Of a stretch of DNA of 64,000 nucleotides, positions 1 to 19,077 are shown in pieces. This stretch comes from Myxococcota bacterium (GTDB lineage: Bacteria > Myxococcota_A > UBA796 > SXON01). The notes under the pieces were generated by a model. That model was given only the letters and a program-made list of their open reading frames with translations. It searched no databases and was not told where the DNA came from. Position 1 is the first letter of the stretch. Each line of letters begins with the position of its first letter. The stretch is from positions 1 to 64,000 of the forward strand of contig JAZKFH010000033.1 in assembly GCA_040386535.1 (NCBI GenBank). Direction: 5' to 3'. The translations under genes were made by a program, and so were the position numbers.

Positions 1-355
1 CGCCGGCCGGCGGCGCGACGTGCCCGACGGCAGGGAGCGCGACGTGCCCGGCGGGCGGCCGCGCGGGGTGCCCGCCGGCCGGCAGCGCGAGGTGCCCGAC
101 GGCCGGCAGCGCGACGTGCCCGGCGGGCGGCCGCGCGAGGTGCCCGGCGGGCGGCCGCGCGAGGTGCCCGGCGGGCGGCAGCGCGACGTGCCCGGTGGGT
201 GGACGCACGGGGTGCCCGGCGGGCGGCCGCGCGAGGTGCCCGGCGGGCGGCAGCGCGAGGTGCCCGGCGGGCGGCCACGCGAGGTGCCCGTCGGGCGGCA
301 GCGCGAGGTGCCCGGCGGGCGGCAGCGCGACGTGCACGACGGGCGGCCGCGCGGG
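1..355. repeat. Tandem repeat of a 24-bp unit GTGCCCGGCGGGCGGC(C/A)GCGCGA(G/C), about 14 degenerate copies, probably running off the left edge
   Basis: GTGCCC recurs at 20, 44, 68, 92 ... 308 with exact 24-bp spacing, and GTGCAC at 332; one more unit plus about 100 bp of degenerate flank is repeated near 517-623. Confidence 0.9.
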
Positions 356-747
356 CGCGGACGCCTCGGCGCCCCCGCCGCGCCAGCGCCGTGACGCGCC
401 AAAGGAGCGGGGTCGCCGCGGCCCTGCGAGGGGACCGTAACGAAACACACGGGGGCGGGCGGCTCCTCCGCCGGGCTCGGCGGTACCCGGGGCGCCGAGC
501 AGGGCGCGAGCGCGAGGTGCCCGGCGGGCGGCCGCGCGGGCGCGGCCGGTTCGGCGCCCCCGGCGCGCCGAGCGGCGGGACGCGCCAACAGAGCGGCTTC
601 GCCGCGATCCCGCGAGGGGACCGGCCCCGGCGGCCTCCGCCGGGGACGCGCCGAACCGAGCGTGTCGTCGGCATGCACGTACATCAGCGCGCGAGCGCGA
701 GGGCCGGGAGTCATCCCAACTCATGCCCCGATGAACGACGCTAAATC

Positions 748-906
748 GGAGTCATGCCCCCGTGAACGCCCGACTCCAGGCATCGTGCGCGCGCCCAACA
801 CGGACGAACCGGCATTTTTATCGAGCAGGCGCGCGGTGGAAGCCCGAATCCAGTCATTCAACCTGGCATGACTCCCTGCCGCGTGCACTCACGGGGGCAT
901 GACTCC
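748..906. mobile_element. 159-bp MITE-like element, copy 1
   Basis: Perfect 18-bp terminal inverted repeat GGAGTCATGCCCCCGTGA (748-765) / TCACGGGGGCATGACTCC (889-906); related same-length copy in inverted orientation at 49768-49926. Confidence 0.6.
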
Positions 907-1025
907 CGGAGGGCGGGTGTGGCGCGCACCACGGCCTCCGAGCGGCGGTCGCCGCGGCCGACTGCTGGCCGAGTTCGGCACGTCCGCGGCGCCTGAGTCG
1001 GATTCGGCCCCATTCGCCGCGCGCC

Positions 1026-2387
1026 CTATTCCAGGTACCCCAACGCCTTGAGCCCGTCGGTGGTCGCGGTGCTCATCCGCACGTCCCGCCACGGCGGCGC
1101 GGCGGCGTCCCAGGCGGACAACAGCGCGTCGAGCTCGGCGGCGAGGCTGGGCGGGGCTGATACATCGGGTGATACATCGGATACGGGCGATACATCGGAT
1201 ACGGGCGATACACCGAGCGATACATCTGGCACACGCCCCAGTGTCGGCCCCTGCCCGAGCCACGGCGCGCGGGTCAGGCGCCAGCCGCCCCGGAGCACGG
1301 CGCGCTCCATCGGGAGGTTGTTCCACGTGGTGGTCGCCTCGACCTGGTGGGGCTGGGTGGCCTCCAGGTAGATGGGCGCGTCGGCCCACGGGCCTCCGCG
1401 CCCCTCGCCACGCCCCCCGCCACGCCAGAGCGGCGTGAGGTCCCGCCCCGCCCCGAGGCCGCCCGGAACACCGGCGAGGGCCAGCACGGTCGCGCCCACG
1501 TCCGAGAGCGCCACGGGGGTGTCGATGACCGTCGCGGGCACACCCGGACCGGCCACGATCAACGGCACGTGGGTGGCCGGCGCGTCCACGTCGGGGCCGT
1601 GGCCCCAGGCGCGCTCGGCAACGTCCCCGAGAGCCTCACCGTGGTCCGCGAACACGACGACGTAGGGATCGTTCAACGTGGCGAGGAGGCGGCCCAGCTC
1701 GGCGTCCAGGTACGACACCTCGCCCCGGTAGCGCGCCCGCGCCTCGGCGACGTCGGCGGGCGCGGCGGTCCCGGCGCGTGAAGCATCCGCGAGGTGGGTC
1801 ATGGCGCGGCGGGACCCGTCGAAGGGGCCGGCGTAGGCGGGGTCGGACCAGCGCGTGGTCCACGGCGCGGGCGCGTCGTAGGGCGCGTGGGCGTCGTAGT
1901 AGTGGACGAACAGGAACACGGGCGTGCGCCACCGCCGGTCGGCCAGCTTCGCGAGCGCGCGGTCGGTCACCTCGGCGGCGCGGGCCTCGTAGCGGCGCTC
2001 GTGCTTGAGCGTGAGGTGCTCGTCCCACACCCCGAAGCCGCGGTCGATGCCCATCGGCCTGCCCAGCGCGCTCGCCCCGATGACGCCGATCGTGTCGAAG
2101 CCCGCGCCCGCCAGCCGCTCGGGCAGCACGGGCAGCTCTGGCGCGAGCGGATACCCGTTGCGGGGCACCACGTGCCCGTGCGGGTCGAGCCCCGTCCACA
2201 CCGACGCGTGCGACGACAGCGTGGTCGGGGCGTGCGCGTAGGCCTGGGTGAAGCGTGCGCCACGCGCCGCCAACGCCCAGAGGGTCGGCGTGGTCTCCGC
2301 GTCGAGCGCGTCCGCCCGCGTGGTGTCGAGGCTCACCAGGACGACGTCGGGCGGCGGCGGCGCGCAGGCCAGGAGGAGCGACAGCAC
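1026..2387 (-). CDS. Sulfatase-like (alkaline phosphatase superfamily) lipoprotein
   Basis: VVLVSLDTTRADAL, TTLSSHASVWTG, FVHYYDAHAPY, FADHGEAL and HVPLIV motifs; N-terminal LLAC lipobox. Confidence 0.9.
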   Translation of the reverse strand: MLSLLLACAPPPPDVVLVSLDTTRADALDAETTPTLWALAARGARFTQAYAHAPTTLSSHASVWTGLDPHGHVVPRNGYPLAPELPVLPERLAGAGFDTIGVIGASALGRPMGIDRGFGVWDEHLTLKHERRYEARAAEVTDRALAKLADRRWRTPVFLFVHYYDAHAPYDAPAPWTTRWSDPAYAGPFDGSRRAMTHLADASRAGTAAPADVAEARARYRGEVSYLDAELGRLLATLNDPYVVVFADHGEALGDVAERAWGHGPDVDAPATHVPLIVAGPGVPATVIDTPVALSDVGATVLALAGVPGGLGAGRDLTPLWRGGGRGEGRGGPWADAPIYLEATQPHQVEATTTWNNLPMERAVLRGGWRLTRAPWLGQGPTLGRVPDVSLGVSPVSDVSPVSDVSPDVSAPPSLAAELDALLSAWDAAAPPWRDVRMSTATTDGLKALGYLE

Positions 2388-2467
2388 GCCGCCCGATAAC
2401 CGACCGGCAGGTTGGAGTAGAGAGTGCGGGGCGGTTCACCGCGGCGCCGGCTGCCCCCCTCGGTGGC

Positions 2468-2818
2468 CGCGGGACGGCCATCGACGCGACCCCTGACGAG
2501 CAGGTACCCGCTCCGTGGCCGCGGACCGCCTCCTCCACCACAGCCACGTCATGACGATCCGCGGCGAGTCATACCGCGTCCGCGAGAAGGCGCGGGCAGG
2601 CCTCCTGCGGCCTCAACCCACGCCCACCTGAACACTTGAGGGGTTCAGTTTCCGATTTCGAAAGGGGTTCAGTTTTCGATGTCGCCTGACACGCGGGACG
2701 GCCACCGACGCGACCCCTGACGAGCAGGTACCCGCTCCGTGGCCGCAGGGCGGCCACCGACGTGACCCCTGACGAGCAGGTGCCCGCTCCCTGGCCGCGG
2801 GACGTCCACCGACGCGAC
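2468..2818. repeat. 52-bp tandem repeat (CGCGGGACGGCCACCGACGCGACCCCTGACGAGCAGGTACCCGCTCCGTGGC) interrupted by an IS21 fragment
   Basis: Units at 2468-2519, 2692-2743, 2744-2795, partial unit 2796-2818; variant copy near 3018-3083. Confidence 0.85.
2524..2691 (+). mobile_element. istB: IS21-family remnant: 3' end of istB plus right end
   Basis: 2524-2631 translates DRLLHHSHVMTIRGESYRVREKARAGLLRPQPTPT*, the typical IstB C-terminus; then two direct repeats AGGGGTTCAGTTT(C/T)CGAT (2639-2656, 2663-2680) and terminal TGACA (2687-2691). Confidence 0.85.
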
Positions 2819-2874
2819 GGGTGTGATCGGTTTCAGTCGGTCCGGCCCGAGCGTCGAGTGTGGTTCACGGCGAG

Positions 2875-2970
2875 GGACCGCAGTCGGCCGATGACCGAGC
2901 ATCTCTCGACTGCGGTCCGCCTGGGAGGACCGCAGTCGGCCGATGACCGAGCATCGCTCGACTGCGGTCC
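2875..2970. repeat. Two REP-like hairpin units at 52-bp spacing
   Basis: GGACCGCAGTCG-N20-CGACTGCGGTCC at 2875-2918 and 2927-2970, perfect 12-bp stems. Confidence 0.85.
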
Positions 2971-3116
2971 ACGGGGCGGGCTTGGCGCTGGCCGGCCGAC
3001 TGAAGTGGATCACACCCCGACGCGACCCCTCACGAGCAGGTACGCCCTCCGTGGCCGCGGGGCGGCCACCGACGCGACCCCTGTCATGCCACCTTAGGGA
3101 ACAGGCCGCGGCGTCC

Positions 3117-3290
3117 CGCGATTGGGCGTCGGCCGTGGGCTTCAGAGATCTCGGGAGCGACGGCCTGCTGGGACGCACGGGCGCCTGAGCGACGTGCATA
3201 GGCCTGGAGACGGACCCCATCCCCCGAGTTCGGCGCACGGGCGCCTGACGGAAGTGCATAAGCATGGAGACGCCATCCCCCGTTCGGCGC
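3117..3290. repeat. Dispersed intergenic repeat, inverted copy at about 49625-49745; internal duplication of about 56-60 bp
   Basis: About 115 bp (GTCGGCCGTGGGCT...CGGGAGCGACGGCCTGCTGGGACGCA...GTGCATAGGC...CCATCCCCCGAGTTC) closely matches the reverse complement of 49625-49745. Confidence 0.85.
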
Positions 3291-3362
3291 GCTGGCGGTG
3301 GACGCCCATCGGCTCGGGGACGCGGGCATGTTGAAACCCGTGGATTTTGATACCGTGGCCCG

Positions 3363-4559
3363 ATGCTCCTCCTGCTCGCCTGCCTGCTCGATCCGCCCTC
3401 GGGGGACCTGCGCCAGTCCAAGCCGACCGACACCGATCCGTCGGGCGACTCTGATACATCGGATGATACATCGGACGACACGGACGACACCGACCCCGGC
3501 CCCGATGACGGGGAGATGCGCGGCGTGTGGGTCGACCGGTGGACGTTCTCCGACGAGGCCGACGTGCGCGCGATCATGGCGAACAGCGCCGCCGCGGGCT
3601 TCAACACCGTGTTCTTCCAGGTGCGCGGCAACGCGGACGCCTACTACCAGTCCTCGTTCGAGCCCTGGGCCAAGGGCTTGTCGGGTACCCTGGGGGTGGA
3701 TCCGGGCTGGGATCCACTCGCTGTCGCCATCGAGGCCGGCCACGCGGAGGGGCTGGAGGTGCACGCGTACGTCAACGCGTTCCCGTTCTGGACGGGCACC
3801 ACGCCCCCGGCCGAGTCCACGCCGCGGCACGCCTACCTCGCCCACCCCGACTGGCTCGTGGCGGACTCGAACGGCACGCCGATGGCGCTCAACTCCAGCT
3901 ACGTCTGGATGAACCCGGCCAACCCCGAGGTGCAGGAGCGCCTCGCGGACGTGGTGGCCGACATCGGCAACCGCTACGCGGTCGACGGCATCCACCTCGA
4001 TCTCGTGCGGTACCCCGGCGCCGCCTACTCCCACGACGCGGTCAGCGAGGCCCGCTACGACGGCTCGGACTGGGCCGACTGGCAGCGCGCGCAAGTGGTC
4101 GAGGCCGTGGCCGGCGCGTACGCGGCGAGCCCGGTCCCGGTGACCGCGGCGGTGTGGGGCATCTACACGAACGACTGGGGCTGGTCGGGCGTGTCGCAGG
4201 GCCGCGAAGACTACTACCAGGACCCCCGCGCGTTCGCGGCACGGGGCGTGATCGACGCGAACATCCCCATGGTGTATTGGCCGGTCACCGCCACCCAGGG
4301 CGACCGGCTCGACTTCGCCACGCTCATCGCGGACCACGTGGCGAACGCCAACGGCCGCCATGTCTACGCCGGCATCACCGCCGAGATGGACGGCGGCGAG
4401 CCCGATGTATTGGCATGTATCGACGCGGCGCGGTCCGCGGGCGCGCGCGGCGTGGTGTTGTTCGACTACCAGCTGTTGCTGGACGAGGGCTACCTGCTCG
4501 ACCTCGCCACGGGGCCGTTCGCGGAGCCGACCAAGGTGCCGCGGTACGACTGGCGGTAG
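3363..4559 (+). CDS. Glycosyl hydrolase-like 10 (GHL10/DUF187, YddW/DigH-type) lipoprotein
   Basis: EMRGVWV, GFNTVFFQVR, WDPLAVAIEAGHAEGLEVHAY, WMNPANPEV and YAVDGIHLD motifs; LLAC lipobox. Confidence 0.88.
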   Translation: MLLLLACLLDPPSGDLRQSKPTDTDPSGDSDTSDDTSDDTDDTDPGPDDGEMRGVWVDRWTFSDEADVRAIMANSAAAGFNTVFFQVRGNADAYYQSSFEPWAKGLSGTLGVDPGWDPLAVAIEAGHAEGLEVHAYVNAFPFWTGTTPPAESTPRHAYLAHPDWLVADSNGTPMALNSSYVWMNPANPEVQERLADVVADIGNRYAVDGIHLDLVRYPGAAYSHDAVSEARYDGSDWADWQRAQVVEAVAGAYAASPVPVTAAVWGIYTNDWGWSGVSQGREDYYQDPRAFAARGVIDANIPMVYWPVTATQGDRLDFATLIADHVANANGRHVYAGITAEMDGGEPDVLACIDAARSAGARGVVLFDYQLLLDEGYLLDLATGPFAEPTKVPRYDWR

Positions 4560-4677
4560 CTACTGGCGGTAGCGATGACGGGCGGTCGCCGCGCGCCGGC
4601 AACCCTGCTCCGCAGCGGCGGCGTCCGCGCCGTCCGGCTGCCCAGCCTCGGATCCGCCGCTCCCCGCGGACCTGCCG

Positions 4678-5264
4678 CTACAACACCATCGACAGGAACA
4701 ACCGGCGGTCCGTGCGCGTGGTGCCGTCGTTGCGACGCGCGGGCACCTCCATGTAGACGCCCGTGTCCTCGAACCCCATCTTCCGATACATCTCGTAGGA
4801 TGCGTTGCGGACGGCGCTCGTGCGTAGGAGCACGTGGCGCCAGCGGTGGCGGTCGATGAGCTGGAGCCGCAGGTCGATGAGCTGGCGGCCGAGGCCGCGC
4901 ACGCGCCAGTGCTCGAGCACGCCGAGCTCGGCGAAGTAATACGTGTCCTCGATGGGGAGCAGGCCGCGGATGTCGCGTGACACATCGCTCTTGCCTTTCA
5001 CCGGGTACGCGATGCCGAACCCGACCACGACGCCGCTCGGCCGCACGGCGAGGAGCGTGATGTTGTCGGGCACCTCCAACGAGCGGCGCAGCACCGCGGC
5101 GGCCTCGTCCGGGAAGAAGCGCTCGTTGTAGGGCGGCTCGCTCCAGATCGCCTGGTAGGCGCCCACGAAGGCGGCCATCCAGGGCTCGGCGTCGGCCGGG
5201 CTCTCGAGGCGGAGGATGCGGACTTCATCGTCGCGTTCGGCAACTACGTACATGGGTGCCGCCA

Positions 5265-5268
<4 letters not shown>
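4678..5268 (-). CDS. GNAT-family N-acyltransferase
   Basis: YYFAELGVLEHWRVRGLGRQL acyl-CoA-binding motif and MYRKMGF; ATG overlaps the PKS stop (ATGATG at 5268-5263); true start may be 5268, 5265 or 5253. Confidence 0.85.
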
Positions 5269-15131
<9,863 letters not shown>

Positions 15132-15205
15132 AACCCGACGCTTGGGCCCGGCGCGAATGAGCCGGCATTCATCCTATGTTACGCAGCGCCGCGTAAGGAC
15201 TTGCC

Positions 15206-15913
15206 ATGATCCTCGGAATCCTCCTGGCCACGCTGCTGACCCCACCCGCGCACGCCGCGCCCAGCCGGGCCGGCAACCAGCTCTCCTCGCGCACCCAGCT
15301 CCGCTACCAGGACGTGCTCACGACCCACTCGGGCTCGAAGTGGCGCGGGAAAATCATCGAGCGAGGCGACGTGTTCCGCATCCGCCTCGACGACAACAGC
15401 GAGGTGGTGGTGGAGAAGGCGCAGGTCGCGTCGGTCACGCGGGAGCTGCACCCCGGGTACCCCCACACCGGCCAGTGGACCTCGCGGGTGGCCATCGGCG
15501 CCGAGATCGCGTTCATCACCGCGACCCGCAACGCCGGGCTCACCACGGGGCCCTACCTCGAGGTGGCGCTCGGCCGGAACTTCGGCGGCAGCTTCGAGCC
15601 CGAGGTGGTGTTCGCGCTCACGCCGATCGGCCCCGAAGAGGGTGGTTACACCCCCGAGATCGGCGTGGGCGCCCGCTATTACATGCAAGCGTACAAGCGC
15701 GCCAAGCCCTTCACCGAGACGGTCATCATCCTCTACGGCGCCCAGGGCGATCTCGGCCTGCGCACGGGGCCGGGCTTCCTGCTGGACGTGTCGCCGAACT
15801 TTTCCATCGGCGCGAGCCAGGGTGTCACCCTGATGACGCAGGAGAACGCCGAGGGCGAGGTGGGCGCCGGCGTGGGGTACCACTTCACGGTGCAGGGGCA
15901 AGGCCGATTTTAG
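15206..15913 (+). CDS. Putative outer-membrane beta-barrel protein with a small N-terminal beta domain
   Basis: Signal peptide ending AHA, alternating beta-strand pattern, C-terminal Phe (QGQGRF), AAGGA RBS. Confidence 0.7.
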   Translation: MILGILLATLLTPPAHAAPSRAGNQLSSRTQLRYQDVLTTHSGSKWRGKIIERGDVFRIRLDDNSEVVVEKAQVASVTRELHPGYPHTGQWTSRVAIGAEIAFITATRNAGLTTGPYLEVALGRNFGGSFEPEVVFALTPIGPEEGGYTPEIGVGARYYMQAYKRAKPFTETVIILYGAQGDLGLRTGPGFLLDVSPNFSIGASQGVTLMTQENAEGEVGAGVGYHFTVQGQGRF

Positions 15914-16059
15914 TGCGTGACGCCCTCGCGACGGTCCTTTCGAACGGAAATGTTCGCTCGTCGGGGCCGAGGTGCCGTCTACAGTAGGCCGCCACTGGCC
16001 CGCGTCGTCGCGCGTGGCGCACACGCTCATCCCCCTCGTCCTCGCCCCCCAAGGATCCC

Positions 16060-16515
16060 ATGAAGTTGCTGATCTTGCTGTCGTTCTCCCTCGCGCTCGG
16101 CTGCGCCCTCGGCGGCAAGGAAACCGACAAGGACGGCGAGGAGATCCCGACGGATCGCGACGAGACCGGGGAGGACGACGACGAGGACGACGAGGACACG
16201 GACGAGGACGAGGACACCGACGACGAAGAAGAGCCGACCACCGGCCCCGGCGTGCTCGGCGACGAGACGGGGCTCGAGGCGATGTGCCGGCGCTACGTCG
16301 AGTGCGGCGGCAACTACTACTCCGACGAAGAAGCGTGCATGGAGGCGTCCTACGACTACTGGGGCGAGTGCCGCGCGGCGGAGGACGCGCTGAACGCCCT
16401 CGGTGAGTGTGTCGCCTACGTCGAGTGTGGGGAGTACAACCCGGACAGCTACACGCCGTCGTCGATCGGGTGCGGCGACGAGTGGGAGGATCTGGGGGAC
16501 GCGGACTGCCGGTAG
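16060..16515 (+). CDS. Acidic Cys-rich lipoprotein, unknown function
   Basis: LALGC lipobox, D/E-rich linker, Cys-spaced C-terminal domain, AAGGA RBS. Confidence 0.75.
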   Translation: MKLLILLSFSLALGCALGGKETDKDGEEIPTDRDETGEDDDEDDEDTDEDEDTDDEEEPTTGPGVLGDETGLEAMCRRYVECGGNYYSDEEACMEASYDYWGECRAAEDALNALGECVAYVECGEYNPDSYTPSSIGCGDEWEDLGDADCR

Positions 16516-16610
16516 GGTGGCCGCGCCAGGCGCCCGGAAGTCGGGGCATGGGTCGTGGCAGCGCCCGCCCACACGCCCTGGCCTACTCGCGCGGGCTCAC
16601 TCGCGCGGGC

Positions 16611-17066
16611 TCACTCGAAGCTGTAGACGAGCGACTCGGACGTGCCCGCGAGGCTGATCGAGAGGCTGGCCGCACCCTCGCCGTGGAGCTCCTGCCAAGC
16701 CGTCTTCAGCGGGGTGAGGTCGAGCTGGAGCGTCTCGTGCCTGAGGGCGTCGCAGTTGTCCTGGAGGCCGCCGTGCCAGAGCTCGAGGCTGACCTGCACG
16801 AGCTCCCCGCTCTCCACGAACGCGCCGCTCGGCCAGCACGGCACGAAGGTGTGGTCCTGGCAGCCGCCGCCGTAGACCACGTCGACCGAGAGCGTGTCGC
16901 CCTCGATGAACGCCGGGGGGCCGCCGGTGTCGACGTCCGCGATCTCGAAGTCGTGGCCGTCGGCCGTGCGGCACGTCGAGAACGCCGCCGGTGCGGGGCC
17001 GAGGGGACCGAGGGCACCGGGGCAACCGGCGAGGGCGAGGGCGAAGAGCGGGAGAGCACGGGTCAT
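16611..17066 (-). CDS. Lipoprotein, possibly NigD-C-like domain
   Basis: MTRALPLFALALAGC lipobox; YGGGCxxHxF...ES...LxH...DxCDA pattern. Confidence 0.7.
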   Translation of the reverse strand: MTRALPLFALALAGCPGALGPLGPAPAAFSTCRTADGHDFEIADVDTGGPPAFIEGDTLSVDVVYGGGCQDHTFVPCWPSGAFVESGELVQVSLELWHGGLQDNCDALRHETLQLDLTPLKTAWQELHGEGAASLSISLAGTSESLVYSFE

Positions 17067-17160
17067 GACGGAGTTCCTCGCGATGGAGGGTAGCAAGACG
17101 GGGGCCACGCGGGCTGCGCGCGCACCCGTGGTCGCGATACACCTCCGCCGGGAGCCCACC

Positions 17161-17475
17161 ATGGACACCGCCTTCGTTCTGCTCATCGGTGTCATGCTCC
17201 TCTGCCGCGCGGGGCTCAAGCGAGACGTCCCCATGGCGGCGTTCTACCTGGCGTGCACCGGCTGGGCGCTGGAGCTATTCTGGGCGCCGGTGAGCGGCCT
17301 GCTCGACTGGATGCTCTCGGCGTTCGGCCTGGTCGAGCGTTACGACGCGCCGCCCTCGGCGCTCAAGCTGCTGAGCCTCGTGGTGTCGACGTTGAGCGGG
17401 CTCGCGCTCATCATCGCCGTGCTCATCGCGGCGCGGAAGTCGCCGGTCGAGGGGTCGGGGGCGGGGAAGGGGTAG
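17161..17475 (+). CDS. Small integral membrane protein
   Basis: GGAG RBS before ATG 17161; three hydrophobic segments. Confidence 0.6.
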   Translation: MDTAFVLLIGVMLLCRAGLKRDVPMAAFYLACTGWALELFWAPVSGLLDWMLSAFGLVERYDAPPSALKLLSLVVSTLSGLALIIAVLIAARKSPVEGSGAGKG

Positions 17476-17540
17476 GCCGCGCCCGATCGACCAGACTCGC
17501 CACCCGTGTCACCCCGCCCGCATGCGGCTACGAGTCCCCG

Positions 17541-18113
17541 ATGGCCCGCCCCACCGAGGACATCGCCACCGTCGCGCTCCCCGCGGAGGGCCCGGCGCGG
17601 ATCGTGGTCGTGGCGGACACCCACGGAAAACCCCACCCCGCGATCGGCGAGCGCCTCGCGGCGCTTCGGCCGGCCGCCATCCTCCATGCCGGGGATATCG
17701 GAGACCTCGGCGTGCTCGACCAGCTCGGCGCCTACGCCCCGGTGCTGGCGGTGCGCGGCAACATCGACGGCGCCGCCCCCGGCGTGCCCGACCAGCGCGT
17801 GATCGACGTGCAGGGCGGGGCGAGCGGCACGCTGCGCATCCTGCTGGTCCACATCGCGGTGTACGGCCCGCGGATCCGCGCCGAGGTTGCCCGCGCGGCG
17901 AAGGACGTGGGGGCCGCGCTCGTCGTGTGTGGGCATTCGCACGTGCCGTTCATCGGCGCGGACCGCGGGCTCACGGTGTTCAACCCGGGCTCGATCGGCC
18001 CGCGGCGCTTCAGCCTGCCGATCGTGTTCGGCACGATCGAATTCACGGGGACGGGCGTGAAGCTCGCCCATGTGGACTGCGAGACCGGGGCACCGTGGCG
18101 GCCGCCCGCCTGA
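17541..18113 (+). CDS. YfcE-type metallophosphoesterase
   Basis: ADTHG, HAGDIG, VRGNID, GHSHVP and NPGS motifs. Confidence 0.9.
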   Translation: MARPTEDIATVALPAEGPARIVVVADTHGKPHPAIGERLAALRPAAILHAGDIGDLGVLDQLGAYAPVLAVRGNIDGAAPGVPDQRVIDVQGGASGTLRILLVHIAVYGPRIRAEVARAAKDVGAALVVCGHSHVPFIGADRGLTVFNPGSIGPRRFSLPIVFGTIEFTGTGVKLAHVDCETGAPWRPPA

Positions 18114-18153
18114 TACGTCCGTTGGTTCCAAGCAACCAACCCCGAGCCGACGA

Positions 18154-18576
18154 ATGAATCCGCCCCTGACCTCCGCCCCGAGCGCCTCTCCGGGCCTGAA
18201 CAAAACGCTCTGGGCAGTCCAGGGCCTGCTGGCACTCACGTTCGTCGGCACCACGTTCTGGAAGCTGCTGACCCCGATGGCGACGCTCGCGACGATGATC
18301 CCCTGGGCGGGACAGGTCTCTGTGGGTTTCTTCCAATTCACGGCGCTCGTCGACCTCGCCGGCGGACTGGGCCTCGTCCTGCCCGCGCTGACCCGCATCC
18401 GCCCCGGCCTGACGGTGCTCGCCGCGCTCGGCTGCGCGGCGCTCCAGGTGAGCGCGATCGTTTTCCATCTCTCCCGGGGCGAGGCCGCCAACACGCCGTT
18501 CAACTTCGTCCTCGTGGGCCTCTCGCTGTTCGTCGCCTGGGGCCGGCAGTACAAGGCGCCGATCGCGCCTCGCTGA
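18154..18576 (+). CDS. DoxX-like membrane protein
   Basis: LWAVQGLLAL, DLAGGLGLVLPALTRIRPGL and AIVFHLSRGE patterns; four TM segments. Confidence 0.85.
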   Translation: MNPPLTSAPSASPGLNKTLWAVQGLLALTFVGTTFWKLLTPMATLATMIPWAGQVSVGFFQFTALVDLAGGLGLVLPALTRIRPGLTVLAALGCAALQVSAIVFHLSRGEAANTPFNFVLVGLSLFVAWGRQYKAPIAPR

Positions 18577-18591
18577 ACGGGGACCCGATGG

Positions 18592-19047
18592 TCACCGCAC
18601 GCAGGTGATCGCGCCGTCCAGGGAGATGTCGCTCCCGTTGCCCACTCCCTCCAGGCTCACGGACATCCGGATCACCTCGTCGAGCGCCACCCAGTCCGTC
18701 ACCGTCACGGTGCCCGCGTCTGTCGGCCAGGTGGAGCCGTGGTAGCTCACATCGAGCGCGGCGAGCTCCTCGACCGACAGGGACACGCCCTCGTCCGGCT
18801 CCGCGCCCGTCGGGTCGAAGCGCAGTTGCACGTGGAACAGGGGGCCCTCGTCTTCGTGGAAGAGCCCCCGCTTCATCTCGATCTCGGGGCGCGACGGATC
18901 GTCCGCGCAGGACGTGGAGATGCCGTCGTGATCCGCGTCGGTGAAGAGCTCCTGGTCGTCCTCGATGGTGAACACGAGCGTCGAGGAGGAGCCGGACGGC
19001 TCGCACCCGGCGACGGCGAGGAGGACGAGGAGGGCGGGGACGCGCAT
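18592..19047 (-). CDS. Hypothetical lipoprotein
   Basis: VAGC lipobox; TATCGT-N6-ATG upstream. Confidence 0.7.
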   Translation of the reverse strand: MRVPALLVLLAVAGCEPSGSSSTLVFTIEDDQELFTDADHDGISTSCADDPSRPEIEMKRGLFHEDEGPLFHVQLRFDPTGAEPDEGVSLSVEELAALDVSYHGSTWPTDAGTVTVTDWVALDEVIRMSVSLEGVGNGSDISLDGAITCVR

Positions 19048-19077
19048 GGCGGCACGATAGCCGCGCTCGCGCGCCCT

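Noticed and set aside
2468..2970. CRISPR array in the 52-bp repeats
   Set aside because: No variable spacers; the single insert is an IS21 fragment
16585..16617. 14-bp direct duplication ACTCGCGCGGGCTC at a gene end
   Set aside because: Two copies only; likely local slippage
18824..18839. parS-like 16-mer (TGTTCCACGTGCAACT on the minus strand)
   Set aside because: Imperfect, single and explained by LFHVQL codons; the similar site near 1319 matches only about 12 of 16
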